A program made the translations under genes and the position numbers. DNA of 64,000 nt, taken from assembly GCA_965248755.1 (NCBI GenBank), contig OZ252149.1, positions 1,152,001 through 1,216,000 on the forward strand, read 5' to 3'. The DNA is from Candidatus Latescibacterota bacterium (GTDB lineage: Bacteria > Latescibacterota > CBDEFO01). The notes beneath the pieces are model-generated. The model was not told where the DNA came from. It worked only from the letters and a program-made list of their open reading frames with translations, and did no database searches. Below are positions 8,909 to 18,881 of the stretch, in pieces. The stretch's first letter is position 1. Every line of letters starts with the position of its first letter.

Positions 8909-8937
8909 AATATATCTATAACTGACCCGTTTGTCAA
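8909..8937 (-). promoter_or_regulatory. sigma70-type promoter of pilin locus
   Basis: TTGACA-N17-TATATT on minus strand. Confidence 0.65.
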
Positions 8938-9093
8938 GAGTTTTGTGAATTGAGGTAAACCGCACCCTTTGAAGGAAATATATGACATATGCGATAGACT
9001 CACCGTGAACACTATCACAATTCTGAAAAGAAATTTTCAACCGTGCCTATAGTGAAGTGCCTTATGCGTTCCCTGTAGCAAATTCTTACCGTG

Positions 9094-9630
9094 TTAATCG
9101 TCTTCATCGTCGCCTCCCCAATCGTCCCATTCCTCATCCCAATCCTCCTCTTCCTCGAATCCCTCGATCCCAAATACGCTTAGAGTGTACGGATAGGTAG
9201 TCACTATCTGAACGATCATATCGAGTAAATAATCTTTGGAGTTCCCTCTTAGACCGTCCATAAGCTGATTGATATTGAAAAAGCTTTCCGGATCTTCAAT
9301 CCATGTTAGCCCCAAAGCCACAGCATGTTTACAGAAATCCATCTCAGCAGGACAGGTACACTGGGCGTTCAGATTGTCCTTTTCCACCTCAATTGACACC
9401 TGATAAATACCGTAGTTTCCAACAATCTCTGCTCCTAAGAGGTTCTCCCATACTATCCGCTTTCTAAGTTCAGCCGAAGACACGTACTCGTACGCCCCCT
9501 CAAAGGTCTTCCATTCACAGGAATCCCTGATATCGTCAACATCTATAGATGGGTAAACGTCCCTCGATTCTTTCATCTTTTGCGAACTCCTATTAAAAGA
9601 TTCGGGACTAAGACGGGGCATTCTCTTCAA
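9094..9630 (-). CDS. SWIM zinc-finger protein
   Basis: CTCP...FCKHAVAL motif; acidic Trp-rich tail; true start may be downstream (9621 or 9576). Confidence 0.8.
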   Translation of the reverse strand: MKRMPRLSPESFNRSSQKMKESRDVYPSIDVDDIRDSCEWKTFEGAYEYVSSAELRKRIVWENLLGAEIVGNYGIYQVSIEVEKDNLNAQCTCPAEMDFCKHAVALGLTWIEDPESFFNINQLMDGLRGNSKDYLLDMIVQIVTTYPYTLSVFGIEGFEEEEDWDEEWDDWGGDDEDD

Positions 9631-9835
9631 ATTGCCCAGCCCAGTGAAAGTGGAGATCCTTTATAAAGCTGAAAAGCTTATCTCCTTTCTTAATTGAAAT
9701 ACTCGACAACTGTTAAGTTCCACCTTTCTTCCGGTATGATCACTGCGAGGCCTGCCTGACGCAAATATAGGATAAGAACGCCTTATCGCAAGACAAAAAT
9801 CTAATTGTGTTATTTTTTCATACAAATCGCAAAGT

Positions 9836-10840
9836 TCAACTCTTTAAGATCTTCAGCCGTCCAATCACTCCAAAATCAGTCCTGACATCCTCGATCTTCT
9901 CACCGATCTGAACAACTCTTTCTTCGTCTACATTTCCCAAAAACCTCTGGGCGAGATCCATATAGGCGATCCTTTCAGGATTAATATTCATGATCCTTGT
10001 GCAGGAAGCATCTACAGCGGCAAGGTCCGTCCCAAAAACTAAAACATTGCACTGTTTCGGAGTTCCATTTATGGGACCATCTCCTTCCATGCCCACGATT
10101 CCGTCGACAATGGCAAAAGATGGTCGCGACACTTTGACTATATCTATTATGCTTTTCTCAAGTCCGCGCCAGTGCAGGACGTTCTTGGGCCAACCGTACT
10201 TGACACCGGGCACGACGCCGAACATGTTCTTCATAGAGAGCGTGGTGCCTACCCAATGATGAGTCTTGATCTTGGGCATGGAGACGATGATGTCAGCTCT
10301 GGTTATTGTCTCAGGCAGCCAGATATGATTTTCATCTCTGTAGAAAGACCGAAGCCGGGTCTTTACAAGATTGTCCACGTTCAGGTCGATATATTCTGCA
10401 GACAGTTCCTTTAAGATAGAGACAAGTCCCGTTGAATAGACGAGGAACTCCGTGTCCCGTCTGTGTCCTGGTCCCTCAGCTACGACCACACGTTTTGCAT
10501 CCAGACGTTTAAAGGCCTCAAGCGCGGCCCCGATTACGGCAGGATGGGTATTTATGACCGTATCGGGGTCATATTCCACGATATTGGGTTTTAGGACGAC
10601 CGATTTGCCTTTCACGCTCAGATTGCAGGCTTTGATACCTTCAAGAACGATGCCCACAAGGTCCGATTCGTAACTGTTTGCCTTGAGGACAGCAACCTTA
10701 GAGGGTGGCCATCTATGAACAAGCGCTGTCTTTCTGCGATCCAGATCAGGCTCTTCTCCGTTGCAGGAGTAAAGTCCGAAGACCGTCGACGAGAGGGTAA
10801 GACAAGAAAGCGACTTTAAAAATTCTCGTCTAGTGTGCAT
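9836..10840 (-). CDS. DUF362 family protein, Tat-exported lipoprotein
   Basis: TRREFLK twin-arginine motif, LYSC lipobox-like, VVLKPN, NTHP, PKIKTH, TLSMKNMFG, DGIVGMEGDGP. Confidence 0.85.
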   Translation of the reverse strand: MHTRREFLKSLSCLTLSSTVFGLYSCNGEEPDLDRRKTALVHRWPPSKVAVLKANSYESDLVGIVLEGIKACNLSVKGKSVVLKPNIVEYDPDTVINTHPAVIGAALEAFKRLDAKRVVVAEGPGHRRDTEFLVYSTGLVSILKELSAEYIDLNVDNLVKTRLRSFYRDENHIWLPETITRADIIVSMPKIKTHHWVGTTLSMKNMFGVVPGVKYGWPKNVLHWRGLEKSIIDIVKVSRPSFAIVDGIVGMEGDGPINGTPKQCNVLVFGTDLAAVDASCTRIMNINPERIAYMDLAQRFLGNVDEERVVQIGEKIEDVRTDFGVIGRLKILKS

Positions 10841-10941
10841 ATATCCTAAAATTCCTCTTTGAAAGACTAAACTATATATATATATGAGATCAAAATAACC
10901 CTACAACACAACTGAAAACGTTCGGAAAAAAGGCATTCAGT

Positions 10942-11010
10942 GAGATTGCTGCGCTGCCCCGATTGAATCTATCGGGGATAAGGGGGGAGGCAGTACCCCT
11001 ATCTGCCTAT
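10942..11010. repeat. composite REP-like element with palindromic core at 10957-10977
   Basis: GAGATTGCTGCGCTG-CCCCGATTGAATCTATCGGGG-ATAAGGGGGGAGG. Confidence 0.75.
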
Positions 11011-11063
11011 TTATAGTTCCTCCATTCCTGACCGTTAATTAGTGTAAATAAAGATATTACGGG

Positions 11064-11963
11064 TTACTTTCTAGTCAGCAACAGAAAATTTGGACCTTTA
11101 TCCACCTGAAGAGAAAAAGCGGCCAGAGCCGTCGTACATATACTCCCTAGGAAGCGTCCTTCGACATAAATTCTCTCCAGTTTTTCCTGAAGTTCGTCGT
11201 AGGGAACACCGAAGATGCGAAAGCAGAGGATAGCCCAGCCCAAAATTAGACCTGAGGATTGAGTTCGCAGTTCATTTTTGAGCCGCTCAAGGCTGAGCTC
11301 AACTTCTGGCAGTTCCCTTTTATCCTGAAGTGCTATCAAAGCTATAGCCGTAGGAGGGAGAAATGGATCTAATTCGGCGTCCATGACATTAGAGTTTCCG
11401 TAGTTCCACCCGCCTTTTGAGCACATTCTGTCTATGAGTAACTTTTCTGCCTCCCGGATGCGGTACTCTACGGCAACCGGGCTGTCCAAGTAGGGTCTCA
11501 TTTTCTTGAGAGCAATGAGGGCGTAGCTGGTCGGCTCAATCCAGCTGAAGGTACCTCTATACCAGGGCCATCCTCTCAGGCTCCCATCCAGCCTGGTCGG
11601 CCCCGGATCGCTTATCTGTTCACCGTAAACACCAAGAAGATAGTCTGCACCGCGCTTACAGGAGTTCTGGTATTTGTTGAATGAATTCAAGGACAAAAGG
11701 GCCAGAGGGGTGGTCCAGGAAGGCTCTTTGTCCCCGAGCGAAGTAGGCCAGCTCCCATCCTCGTTCTGCGAATCCAAAAGCCACTCAATCCCTCGTAGTG
11801 CAGCTTCTTCGTACTGACGATCTCTCAGAAAGCGGATCGCCATCAGTGACAGCACAGTGGGCTCAGTCGAACTTATCTTGCCCGGAAAATATCCCCATCC
11901 GCCGTCGGAGTTCTGATTTTCGATGAGGTTTTGCCACATACCGTTGAGATTATCTTCTGACAT
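11064..11963 (-). CDS. prenyltransferase/squalene-cyclase-like repeat protein
   Basis: QW-type repeats QNSDGGWG, QNEDGSW, GGWNYGN. Confidence 0.8.
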   Translation of the reverse strand: MSEDNLNGMWQNLIENQNSDGGWGYFPGKISSTEPTVLSLMAIRFLRDRQYEEAALRGIEWLLDSQNEDGSWPTSLGDKEPSWTTPLALLSLNSFNKYQNSCKRGADYLLGVYGEQISDPGPTRLDGSLRGWPWYRGTFSWIEPTSYALIALKKMRPYLDSPVAVEYRIREAEKLLIDRMCSKGGWNYGNSNVMDAELDPFLPPTAIALIALQDKRELPEVELSLERLKNELRTQSSGLILGWAILCFRIFGVPYDELQEKLERIYVEGRFLGSICTTALAAFSLQVDKGPNFLLLTRK

Positions 11964-12031
11964 GCCAGCAAAGTGCTACAGGTGTGACGCAGTGTGCCAC
12001 AGTGCTGATCTAGTGCTTGTTTTTTCAGAAA

Positions 12032-12158
12032 TGTGGCTTCGGCGCCGATGACAATGGGGATATACCCTATTGCCTTCAGGTTAGGGGAGAGCCTCTCGCT
12101 CTCGTACCACCTCGATCATCCCCTATAACCCACATAGGGCGCTTCACTTGAAGTCACA
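12032..12158. other. candidate structured RNA element in long leader
   Basis: Nested complementary segments TGTGGCTTC/GAAGTCACA, GGCGCC/GGCGCT, CAATGGGG/CCCTATTG, GGTTAGGGGA/TCCCCTATAACC, GAGAGC/GCTCTC. Confidence 0.4.
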
Positions 12159-12258
12159 GAGTTCCCTCTCAATAGACAGCTTCCTGCGAAAGGGGACTTC
12201 TATGATCCAAAGGAGAAAACAGCCCATATTTACAAGTATGCTCACCCTTCAAAAAACA

Positions 12259-12287
12259 ATAATACAAGATTTCATGTCGAAAGTCAA
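12259..12287 (-). promoter_or_regulatory. sigma70-type promoter about 290 nt upstream of prenyltransferase-repeat gene
   Basis: TTGACT-N17-TATTAT on minus strand. Confidence 0.6.
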
Positions 12288-12302
12288 GTCAGAACGATAG
12301 AC

Positions 12303-13479
12303 TGCCAGAAGAGTAAAGACATATGGTATCCACCCTCACGGGATAATTTTGCCTATATTTAGGTGAAGACTGAAAAAAGGAGGGTAGATACCATGGAGAA
12401 TGCTATCACTTATAGTGATGTTCTTGTTCTTAATCGTAATCCTGTTGATCTTCGTATCAAGATGGTTCAGACTGCTCAGCTATACGGTGTCTCGTATGCT
12501 GCAAGGGCTTTTAATACAACACGCAAGAGTATAAGAAAATGGCTGAAACGTTATCTTGAAAACCGATCGGTAAAGAGTCTTGAAAATCACACCAAAGCAC
12601 CCATAAACCCTCACTGTTTGTTACCGGAGGAGATCAGAAAGCTGATTGTAAAGTTCCGACAGGCCCATCCTTCTTTGGGATATCCCTATCTATTGGGCTT
12701 TCTGCAAAAACAGAATGTTCCAATTGATCAAATCCCCTCCAAGCCGACTGCCTATGCTATCTGAAAAAAACACAATCTCATAAAGAAACACATGCGAAAA
12801 TGGAAGAGAAAGGCACTTGTCTGCCAGTGGAAAAAGAAACTACGCCCTTTTGAATATATCCAGATCGATGTCAAACATCTGTGCGATATCCCCAACTACC
12901 TGAAACAACATTACAAGACAGGTGGCCAACTCTCTATGTTTGAGTATACTGCCAGAGATATCAAGACAGGCGGTCTTTTTGTAAGCCTGGCAGACGAACA
13001 GAGCCTGATCAACTCCTGCATCTTCGCCGAAGCATTACTCCAACACCTGGAAGACCACAAGGTCTATCCACGAAAGATCCAGACCGACAACGGCAGCGAA
13101 TTCGTCAATACCAAAGGATGCCCTCAAAAAGACCCTCTTTACCGACCTCATCCAACAAAGAGGCATAGAACATAAACGCATCCCACCAGGGGCTACTACA
13201 TACCAATCCGATGTAGAACGCGCCCACGGCCTAATCGAATACGAATTCTACGAGACCGTCAAGATTACCAACCTTTACCTAAAGCTCCAAACCTATCAAT
13301 CATTCTTTAATACCCAAAGACATAATAGACATAAAGACTTAAAACCCCTTTACAAATAGCCATCCAATACAAACCCACAGAAAACCTCAATCCTCAACTT
13401 TTTAACTACCCAATCTTCATTCTCGACTCTCTTCTGTCTAACTTTATCAAAGATCGGTACCATGTGCCTTTATCCGACA
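12303..13479 (+). mobile_element. IS481-family-like insertion sequence, degenerate (transposase frameshifted at about 12760 and 13115)
   Basis: HTH (VSYAARAFNTTRKSIRKWLKRY); DDE pieces IQIDVKH, IQTDNGSEF, SDVERAH (last in an untracked frame); imperfect IRs TAAAGACATATGGTATC vs revcomp TAAAGGCACATGGTACC (14/17). Confidence 0.8.
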
Positions 13480-13538
13480 AAATTTAAAGTCCATTCATTA
13501 TTCCAGAAAATTTTCCAAAAAAAATTTGGCTAAGAGGC

Positions 13539-13567
13539 TTGACAAGAGATATAGTAGTTGTTATCTT
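13539..13567 (+). promoter_or_regulatory. sigma70 promoter (extended -10) of respiratory cluster
   Basis: TTGACA-N17-TATCTT with TG immediately upstream of -10. Confidence 0.65.
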
Positions 13568-13631
13568 TTATTGCTCTGAATTTAGACGCTAAAGGGAACT
13601 TTGAGTATCTTTGCACAATCATAAGGAGGAA

Positions 13632-14399
13632 ATGTTGAACGTCAAACAGCTTAAAGACAAAATAACCAAGTCGCAGATTTGGACATCAGTGTTCAGACAC
13701 GACTATAAGGATACACCTCGCAACAGGTTGCTGCAGATACTGGACAACGTCTTTCTTCACCTGCATCCCATCAAGCTCCCCAGACACGCTCTCAGGATAA
13801 GATTCACCTGGTGCATGGGCGGAATAACGTTTTTGATGTTCCTTGTGACCGTGGTCACAGGTATCTTTTTGATGTTCTACTACCGGCCGACCGCTGACGC
13901 CTACTCCGACATGAAATACCTCCAGTTCGACGTTCCGTTCGGAATGATGCTGAGAAATATGCACCGCTGGGCAGCTCATGGGATGGTGATCGCCGTCTGG
14001 CTTCACATGTTCAGGGTCTTTCTGACGGGGTCTTACAAACCCCCGCGGGAGTTCAACTGGGCAGTGGGCGTCATTCTTCTGGTGCTCACGCTCCTTTTGA
14101 GCTTCACCGGTTATCTTCTGCCGTGGGATCAGCTTTCAATATGGGCTGTGACAGTCGGGACGAACATGGCGCGAGCGACTCCTCTTCTGGGGCACGAAGG
14201 CCCGTTCTCCGAGTATCTGGGAATGAAACCAGACAACGACGTGAGATTCGTCCTTCTGGGTGGGACTGAGGTCGGGCCCCCTACCCTCTTGAGGTTCTAT
14301 GTTCTCCACTGCATATTTATCCCCCTTGTGGCGAGCATACTTATGGCTGTCCACTTCTGGAGGATAAGGAAGGACGGGGGAATCTCGAGTCCCATTTAG
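13632..14399 (+). CDS. petB: cytochrome b6-like N-terminal subunit of split cytochrome b
   Basis: WCMGG (heme ci Cys), [44 protein letters not shown] before ATG 13632. Confidence 0.92.
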   Translation: MLNVKQLKDKITKSQIWTSVFRHDYKDTPRNRLLQILDNVFLHLHPIKLPRHALRIRFTWCMGGITFLMFLVTVVTGIFLMFYYRPTADAYSDMKYLQFDVPFGMMLRNMHRWAAHGMVIAVWLHMFRVFLTGSYKPPREFNWAVGVILLVLTLLLSFTGYLLPWDQLSIWAVTVGTNMARATPLLGHEGPFSEYLGMKPDNDVRFVLLGGTEVGPPTLLRFYVLHCIFIPLVASILMAVHFWRIRKDGGISSPI

Positions 14400-14454
14400 A
14401 AAAGCAAAGGCACCGAACCACTCCACATCCCATGAGTTTTCGGGCAGTAATAAT

Positions 14455-15333
14455 ATGGAAAACCTCATAAAAATATTGAGCAAATCACCGGATAATATAC
14501 CCATCGCCGGGATGTTGCTATTAATCTTTTTTTGCCTCTATATAGCCATGAAGCAGGCGGTAAAAAATGACAGGCGGAAGGCACAGGGAAAGAAGTCCGC
14601 CGAGGAGGTGGAGAACGACAAGGTGTTGGTGTGGCCCTATCTGACGAGATCGGAGTTTCTGTGCCTTTTGATGATTATGATAGTCCTTACAGTGTGGTCA
14701 ATTGGGATAGACGCTCCCTTAGAGGAAATAGCTAATCCTTCCAAGACTCCCAATCCGTCCAAGGCTCCATGGTACTTTTTGGGGCTTCAGGAGATGCTCG
14801 TCTATTTCGATCCATGGATAGCCGGAGTCGTACTTCCGACTCTGATCGTTATAGGGTTGATGGCTATTCCTTATATAGATACGAACAAGTTGGGACGGGG
14901 ATACTATACGTTCAAAGAGAGAAAGTTCGCCATAACCATGTTCTGTTTTGGCTTTATAGTCCTATGGGTGTTCCTCATAATAATGGGGACGTTTCTGAGG
15001 GGACCTGGATGGAACTTTTTCTTTCCCTGGGAAAGATGGGATCCCCACAAAGTGGTAGCCCTGACAAACGTGAACCTGACTTACGCCCTGGGTATAAGGG
15101 ACAACTTTATTGCCTCTATTTTCGGTGCCATAGTTGTAGGAGGTTATTACTTTTTTGGGGTCGTCTATTACTTTGTCAGAAAAAATAAAAGCGCATACCT
15201 CAAGAACTATCCGATCAAGTACGCGGTGACCGCCTTTTTGTTCCTGAGTATGATGGCGTTGCCTATAAAGATGTTCCTGAGAATAGCCTTCAATATAAAA
15301 TATATATGGGTGACTCCATGGTTTAACATATAG
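14455..15333 (+). CDS. petD: cytochrome b subunit IV-like (PetD/QcrC-type), extended
   Basis: VWPYL, APLEEIANPSKTPNPSKAPWYFLG (PEWY-equivalent), multiple TM helices. Confidence 0.85.
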   Translation: MENLIKILSKSPDNIPIAGMLLLIFFCLYIAMKQAVKNDRRKAQGKKSAEEVENDKVLVWPYLTRSEFLCLLMIMIVLTVWSIGIDAPLEEIANPSKTPNPSKAPWYFLGLQEMLVYFDPWIAGVVLPTLIVIGLMAIPYIDTNKLGRGYYTFKERKFAITMFCFGFIVLWVFLIIMGTFLRGPGWNFFFPWERWDPHKVVALTNVNLTYALGIRDNFIASIFGAIVVGGYYFFGVVYYFVRKNKSAYLKNYPIKYAVTAFLFLSMMALPIKMFLRIAFNIKYIWVTPWFNI

Positions 15334-15414
15334 CGACCTGTCATCTCTCCTGCTCTTATCCTCTTATCAGGGCAAGAAGGGTTCAGGGCTATCAGTGATT
15401 CCAAAGGCAAAATC

Positions 15415-15711
15415 GTGGATATATCAACAACAGCACCCTTATCAAATCACATATGGAAATACCGAAACGCCTCATATATATACCTCTTCTTAATTCTCCC
15501 CGTTCATGTCTTTGCTTCTTGTCACCTCACAGAATATAGAACCGCCCCTTACGACTACGCATTCAAGTGGTTAGTCATATTGAATATCTTGGGCGTCGCC
15601 GTGGGTTTTGCGTTATCTTATTTGCTCTACAAAGGCAAGTGGTACGTCGCTCCATCCACAGCCACCACCTACGCCGTAAGATTACAGACTGAGATCGAAA
15701 ATGTAGAGTGA
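15415..15711 (+). CDS. hypothetical small membrane protein
   Basis: 98 aa, two hydrophobic segments, co-oriented inside cluster; no motif recognised. Confidence 0.35.
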   Translation: MDISTTAPLSNHIWKYRNASYIYLFLILPVHVFASCHLTEYRTAPYDYAFKWLVILNILGVAVGFALSYLLYKGKWYVAPSTATTYAVRLQTEIENVE

Positions 15712-15935
15712 AGGCATCTTCCGACAGACGTGAACTTGGTCCGCCGCCTGAGTGCAGCGGTCACTTTAGCGGTCTTGGGTACGATGGTGGGCGCCTGTTG
15801 GCTCGACGTCTGGGTGTCTAACATGGGTACTTCAGGAAAGATAACGGGGAAGATACAAGCCAGAGTGTCTCAGGGGAACATAGCGTGTAAAAACTGTCCT
15901 TTTAACGGGTTATCCACTCTTTAGAAAGGTACAGC

Positions 15936-18602
15936 ATGGCATTAGATCAAGAAAACCAGGAAAATAAGAAAGAAGAAGAAACACAGGAGGAAGAGTCTAA
16001 CATACTCAAGGTGGAGGAGAAGTCCTATAGTGTCGTCTTTCTTGTGACCATCATGGTGATGCTCTTAGTGACGGTCTGGACTATATACGACGAGGCGATA
16101 ACCAGACGACCCTGGAAAAAGGTTCAGGAGGAGTTCTTCAAATACGAGTACGAAGTGACCAAGGCTGAGTATGAAGAGGCACTGAAGGCTATGCCCGAGG
16201 AGGAGAGGGAACTGACGGCGAAGTTGGAGGAGGCAAAGAAGAATCTGGAAAAGAACGAAGAATATAAAAAAGCCGGCCAAGATCTGAGAGATAAAGAGAT
16301 CGCCCTTGAGGATGCAACCCAGAAGTATCAGTTTGCAAAGAGCGAATTAGACGCAGCCTTTTACCTCTATAAACACGCTCTGCATCGGGGATCGGATGCT
16401 TCCGGGGAGAAGGCGGAAGTGGATAAGCTGGAAAAGTTTGCCAATTCGTTCCTCCCGAAAATAGACGAGGCTCAAGAAAACAGGGACGAGGCACAGGCAA
16501 AGGTCGATGAGGTTGAAAAGGAGATTGTGGAACTGACCAAAAAAATAGATGAACTGAAAGCAGATGCGAATAAATATAAGTTCAAATTGGAGGCCGTAGC
16601 GCGCAAGATCCCCAAGATAGAGCAGTTGGTGATTGAGGATATAGATATGGTGGACAGGTGCAGTTCCTGCCATCTTGGAATAGACGAACCGGAGTTTGCA
16701 GATGTCCAGAAGTTCCCTCAGCCTCATACTGCTCATCCGAATAGAGAATTTCTATTAGGCAATCATCCAATAGACAAATTTGGATGCGTATTGTGTCACG
16801 GAGGGCAGGGAAGAGCTATGACATACGAGGACGCCCTGTCAAGAGATAACGAGTACTGGAAAGACCCGGTAGCAGAAGGCTTCTTTATAGAGTCAAATTG
16901 CAAAAAGTGTCACTTCCAGGTGGTGGACCTTGAGGGTGCACCCCACTTTTCCAAGGGAAACAGACTGTTGAGAGAGTTGGGCTGTCACGGATGCCATAAG
17001 ATCGAGGGCTACGAGGATCTGGAGAAGGTCGGACCAGATCTAAGAAAGCTAAAGATGAAGACTGCAAATCCCGAATGGCTCATAAGATGGATAGAGAATC
17101 CTAAAAGTTATCTTCCGCATACAAAGATGCCGAACTTCAAGTTCTCAAGAGACGAAGCTGAGTCCGTAGCGGCGTATCTTTTGAATACATCTGAAGAGGC
17201 GGAGCTTGAAAAGGTCGAGTACTCAGAGAAAATGATAGATGACGGCAAGAAAATTGTGGAACAGGTGGGCTGTTACGGATGTCATTTTATTGGGGGAAGG
17301 CCGTCCGATCTTAAAAGGACATACTTAGACGGAGATTATGATTACGCTCCCGATCTGAGCAGAGTGGGTGACAAGGTCGATCCCGATTGGCTCTTTGCAT
17401 GGGTCAAGGACCCGTCCTCTTACAATTCCAGCACCAAGATGCCGAACCTCAGGCTGTCGGATGGGGAGGCTAAGGCTGCTACAGCATATCTTATGAGTAC
17501 AAAGAGCCAAGATTATGGAGACCACATCCTGGACTTGAACGATCCCCAAGTGATAGAAAAAGGGAGGATACTGATACAGAATTACGGCTGCTTTGGATGT
17601 CATAACATAAAAGGGTTTGAAAACGCCGGTAGAATAGGTGTGGAACTTACGGAGTTTAGCAACAAGGAAGCGGAGGAGTTGGACTTCGGAGACGTCACGG
17701 AAATAGACTTCACGTGGGAGGCGTGGACCAAAAACAAGCTCAAAAATCCGAGACTATTCGCCACCGAGAGGATTGTAGCCAGGATGCCTGACTTCGAACT
17801 TACCGACGATGAGGTAGAGGCCTTAACTGTCCTGCTGAAGAGCTTCAGAGGAGGCAACATGTCTCCAAATCACGCCAGGATGCTCACAAAGAAGGAACAG
17901 GAGATCGAAAAGGGAAGAAGGCTTGTCGAGAAGTACAATTGTGTGGGGTGTCACAAGATTGAGAATAGAGGCGGAGACATCGCACCTATTATCTCCGACT
18001 TTATGGTCGCCGAAGGTAAAAGCAGGGACGAGGCGGGCGCTTTGGTGCCTCCGAACTTAAACGGAGAAGGTGACAAGGTTCAAGCCGAGTGGCTCTTCAA
18101 CTTCCTCAAGAATCCGGTCCCTATAAGACCTTGGTTGAACGTCAAGATGCCCACGTTCAACCTTTCGAAGGATGAAGCGACTGACATCGCCAGGTATTTT
18201 GCGTCACTTGCGGATGTGGATTTCCCCTTCGAGTTTGTGGACCAAGGAGAGATATCAAAAGATCAGATCAAAGTCGGAAAAGAGATATTTACACTGTTGC
18301 AGTGCAAGTCCTGCCATCCGACAAAGGGACAGACACTCGATCTAGATGTGGGTAGTCTGGCGCCCGATCTAACGATGGCAAAAGACAGGCTCAGGCACGA
18401 CTGGATCGCAAGGTGGCTCAAAGACCCTCAAAGCATCCAAAAAGGCACGAAGATGCCCAATAACTGGATAGGTGTAGGAAGAGGCGAAAGGAGGAGATAT
18501 ATCCCCGCGGCTCCTTCAATGAGAAAGATCTATAAGGAGTACAAAAAAGAGCAGGTGGACATGCAGATAAACGCGCTCAGAGATTATCTGCTGACTCTGT
18601 AG
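15936..18602 (+). CDS. membrane-anchored octaheme cytochrome c with coiled-coil stalk
   Basis: 8 CxxCH (CSSCH, CVLCH, CKKCH, CHGCH, CYGCH, CFGCH, CVGCH, CKSCH); repeated PDL...W...P...KMP units; N-terminal TM then long coiled coil. Confidence 0.92.
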   Translation: MALDQENQENKKEEETQEEESNILKVEEKSYSVVFLVTIMVMLLVTVWTIYDEAITRRPWKKVQEEFFKYEYEVTKAEYEEALKAMPEEERELTAKLEEAKKNLEKNEEYKKAGQDLRDKEIALEDATQKYQFAKSELDAAFYLYKHALHRGSDASGEKAEVDKLEKFANSFLPKIDEAQENRDEAQAKVDEVEKEIVELTKKIDELKADANKYKFKLEAVARKIPKIEQLVIEDIDMVDRCSSCHLGIDEPEFADVQKFPQPHTAHPNREFLLGNHPIDKFGCVLCHGGQGRAMTYEDALSRDNEYWKDPVAEGFFIESNCKKCHFQVVDLEGAPHFSKGNRLLRELGCHGCHKIEGYEDLEKVGPDLRKLKMKTANPEWLIRWIENPKSYLPHTKMPNFKFSRDEAESVAAYLLNTSEEAELEKVEYSEKMIDDGKKIVEQVGCYGCHFIGGRPSDLKRTYLDGDYDYAPDLSRVGDKVDPDWLFAWVKDPSSYNSSTKMPNLRLSDGEAKAATAYLMSTKSQDYGDHILDLNDPQVIEKGRILIQNYGCFGCHNIKGFENAGRIGVELTEFSNKEAEELDFGDVTEIDFTWEAWTKNKLKNPRLFATERIVARMPDFELTDDEVEALTVLLKSFRGGNMSPNHARMLTKKEQEIEKGRRLVEKYNCVGCHKIENRGGDIAPIISDFMVAEGKSRDEAGALVPPNLNGEGDKVQAEWLFNFLKNPVPIRPWLNVKMPTFNLSKDEATDIARYFASLADVDFPFEFVDQGEISKDQIKVGKEIFTLLQCKSCHPTKGQTLDLDVGSLAPDLTMAKDRLRHDWIARWLKDPQSIQKGTKMPNNWIGVGRGERRRYIPAAPSMRKIYKEYKKEQVDMQINALRDYLLTL

Positions 18603-18614
18603 TTTAGAACAATT

Positions 18615-18643
18615 GGGCAAACACGTGGGTTCGCCCTCCTTAC
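18615..18643. repeat. REP-like palindrome
   Basis: GGGCAAACACGTGGGTTCGCCC followed by ...TTAC, just after the cytochrome stop. Confidence 0.5.
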
Positions 18644-18881
18644 ATTTATCGTTAGAGGCTATGCGCGTCTGTCTGGCCTGAAAAATCCTGTAAGAAAATC
18701 CAGTAATAACAAAGGAGCCAAAAACTGCCCTGTAAAATAGCGATTTTGTGGTGGTGACTTCTCCACTAGCGTCCCTCACCCGACCGCGCTACGCTGTCGC
18801 TCCTTTCTGTTGCTCCGATCGACCAGCAGCGGGAAAATATTGAACGACATCGCAAAAATCATTCATCAACGGAGATGTAAA

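Noticed and set aside
8729..9040. 103-aa ORF upstream of the pilin
   Set aside because: It spans the predicted promoter, has a TTG start without SD and no recognisable motif.
12040..12180. TPP or cobalamin riboswitch
   Set aside because: Only fragments match (CCCCTAACCTGA; AGGGAA..GTG); CTGAGA, the P4 3' strand and the B12 box are missing. Kept only as an unassigned structured element.
15730..15924. 64-aa ORF with CKNC as a cytochrome or metal protein
   Set aside because: No His after CxxC, weak start and no family signal.
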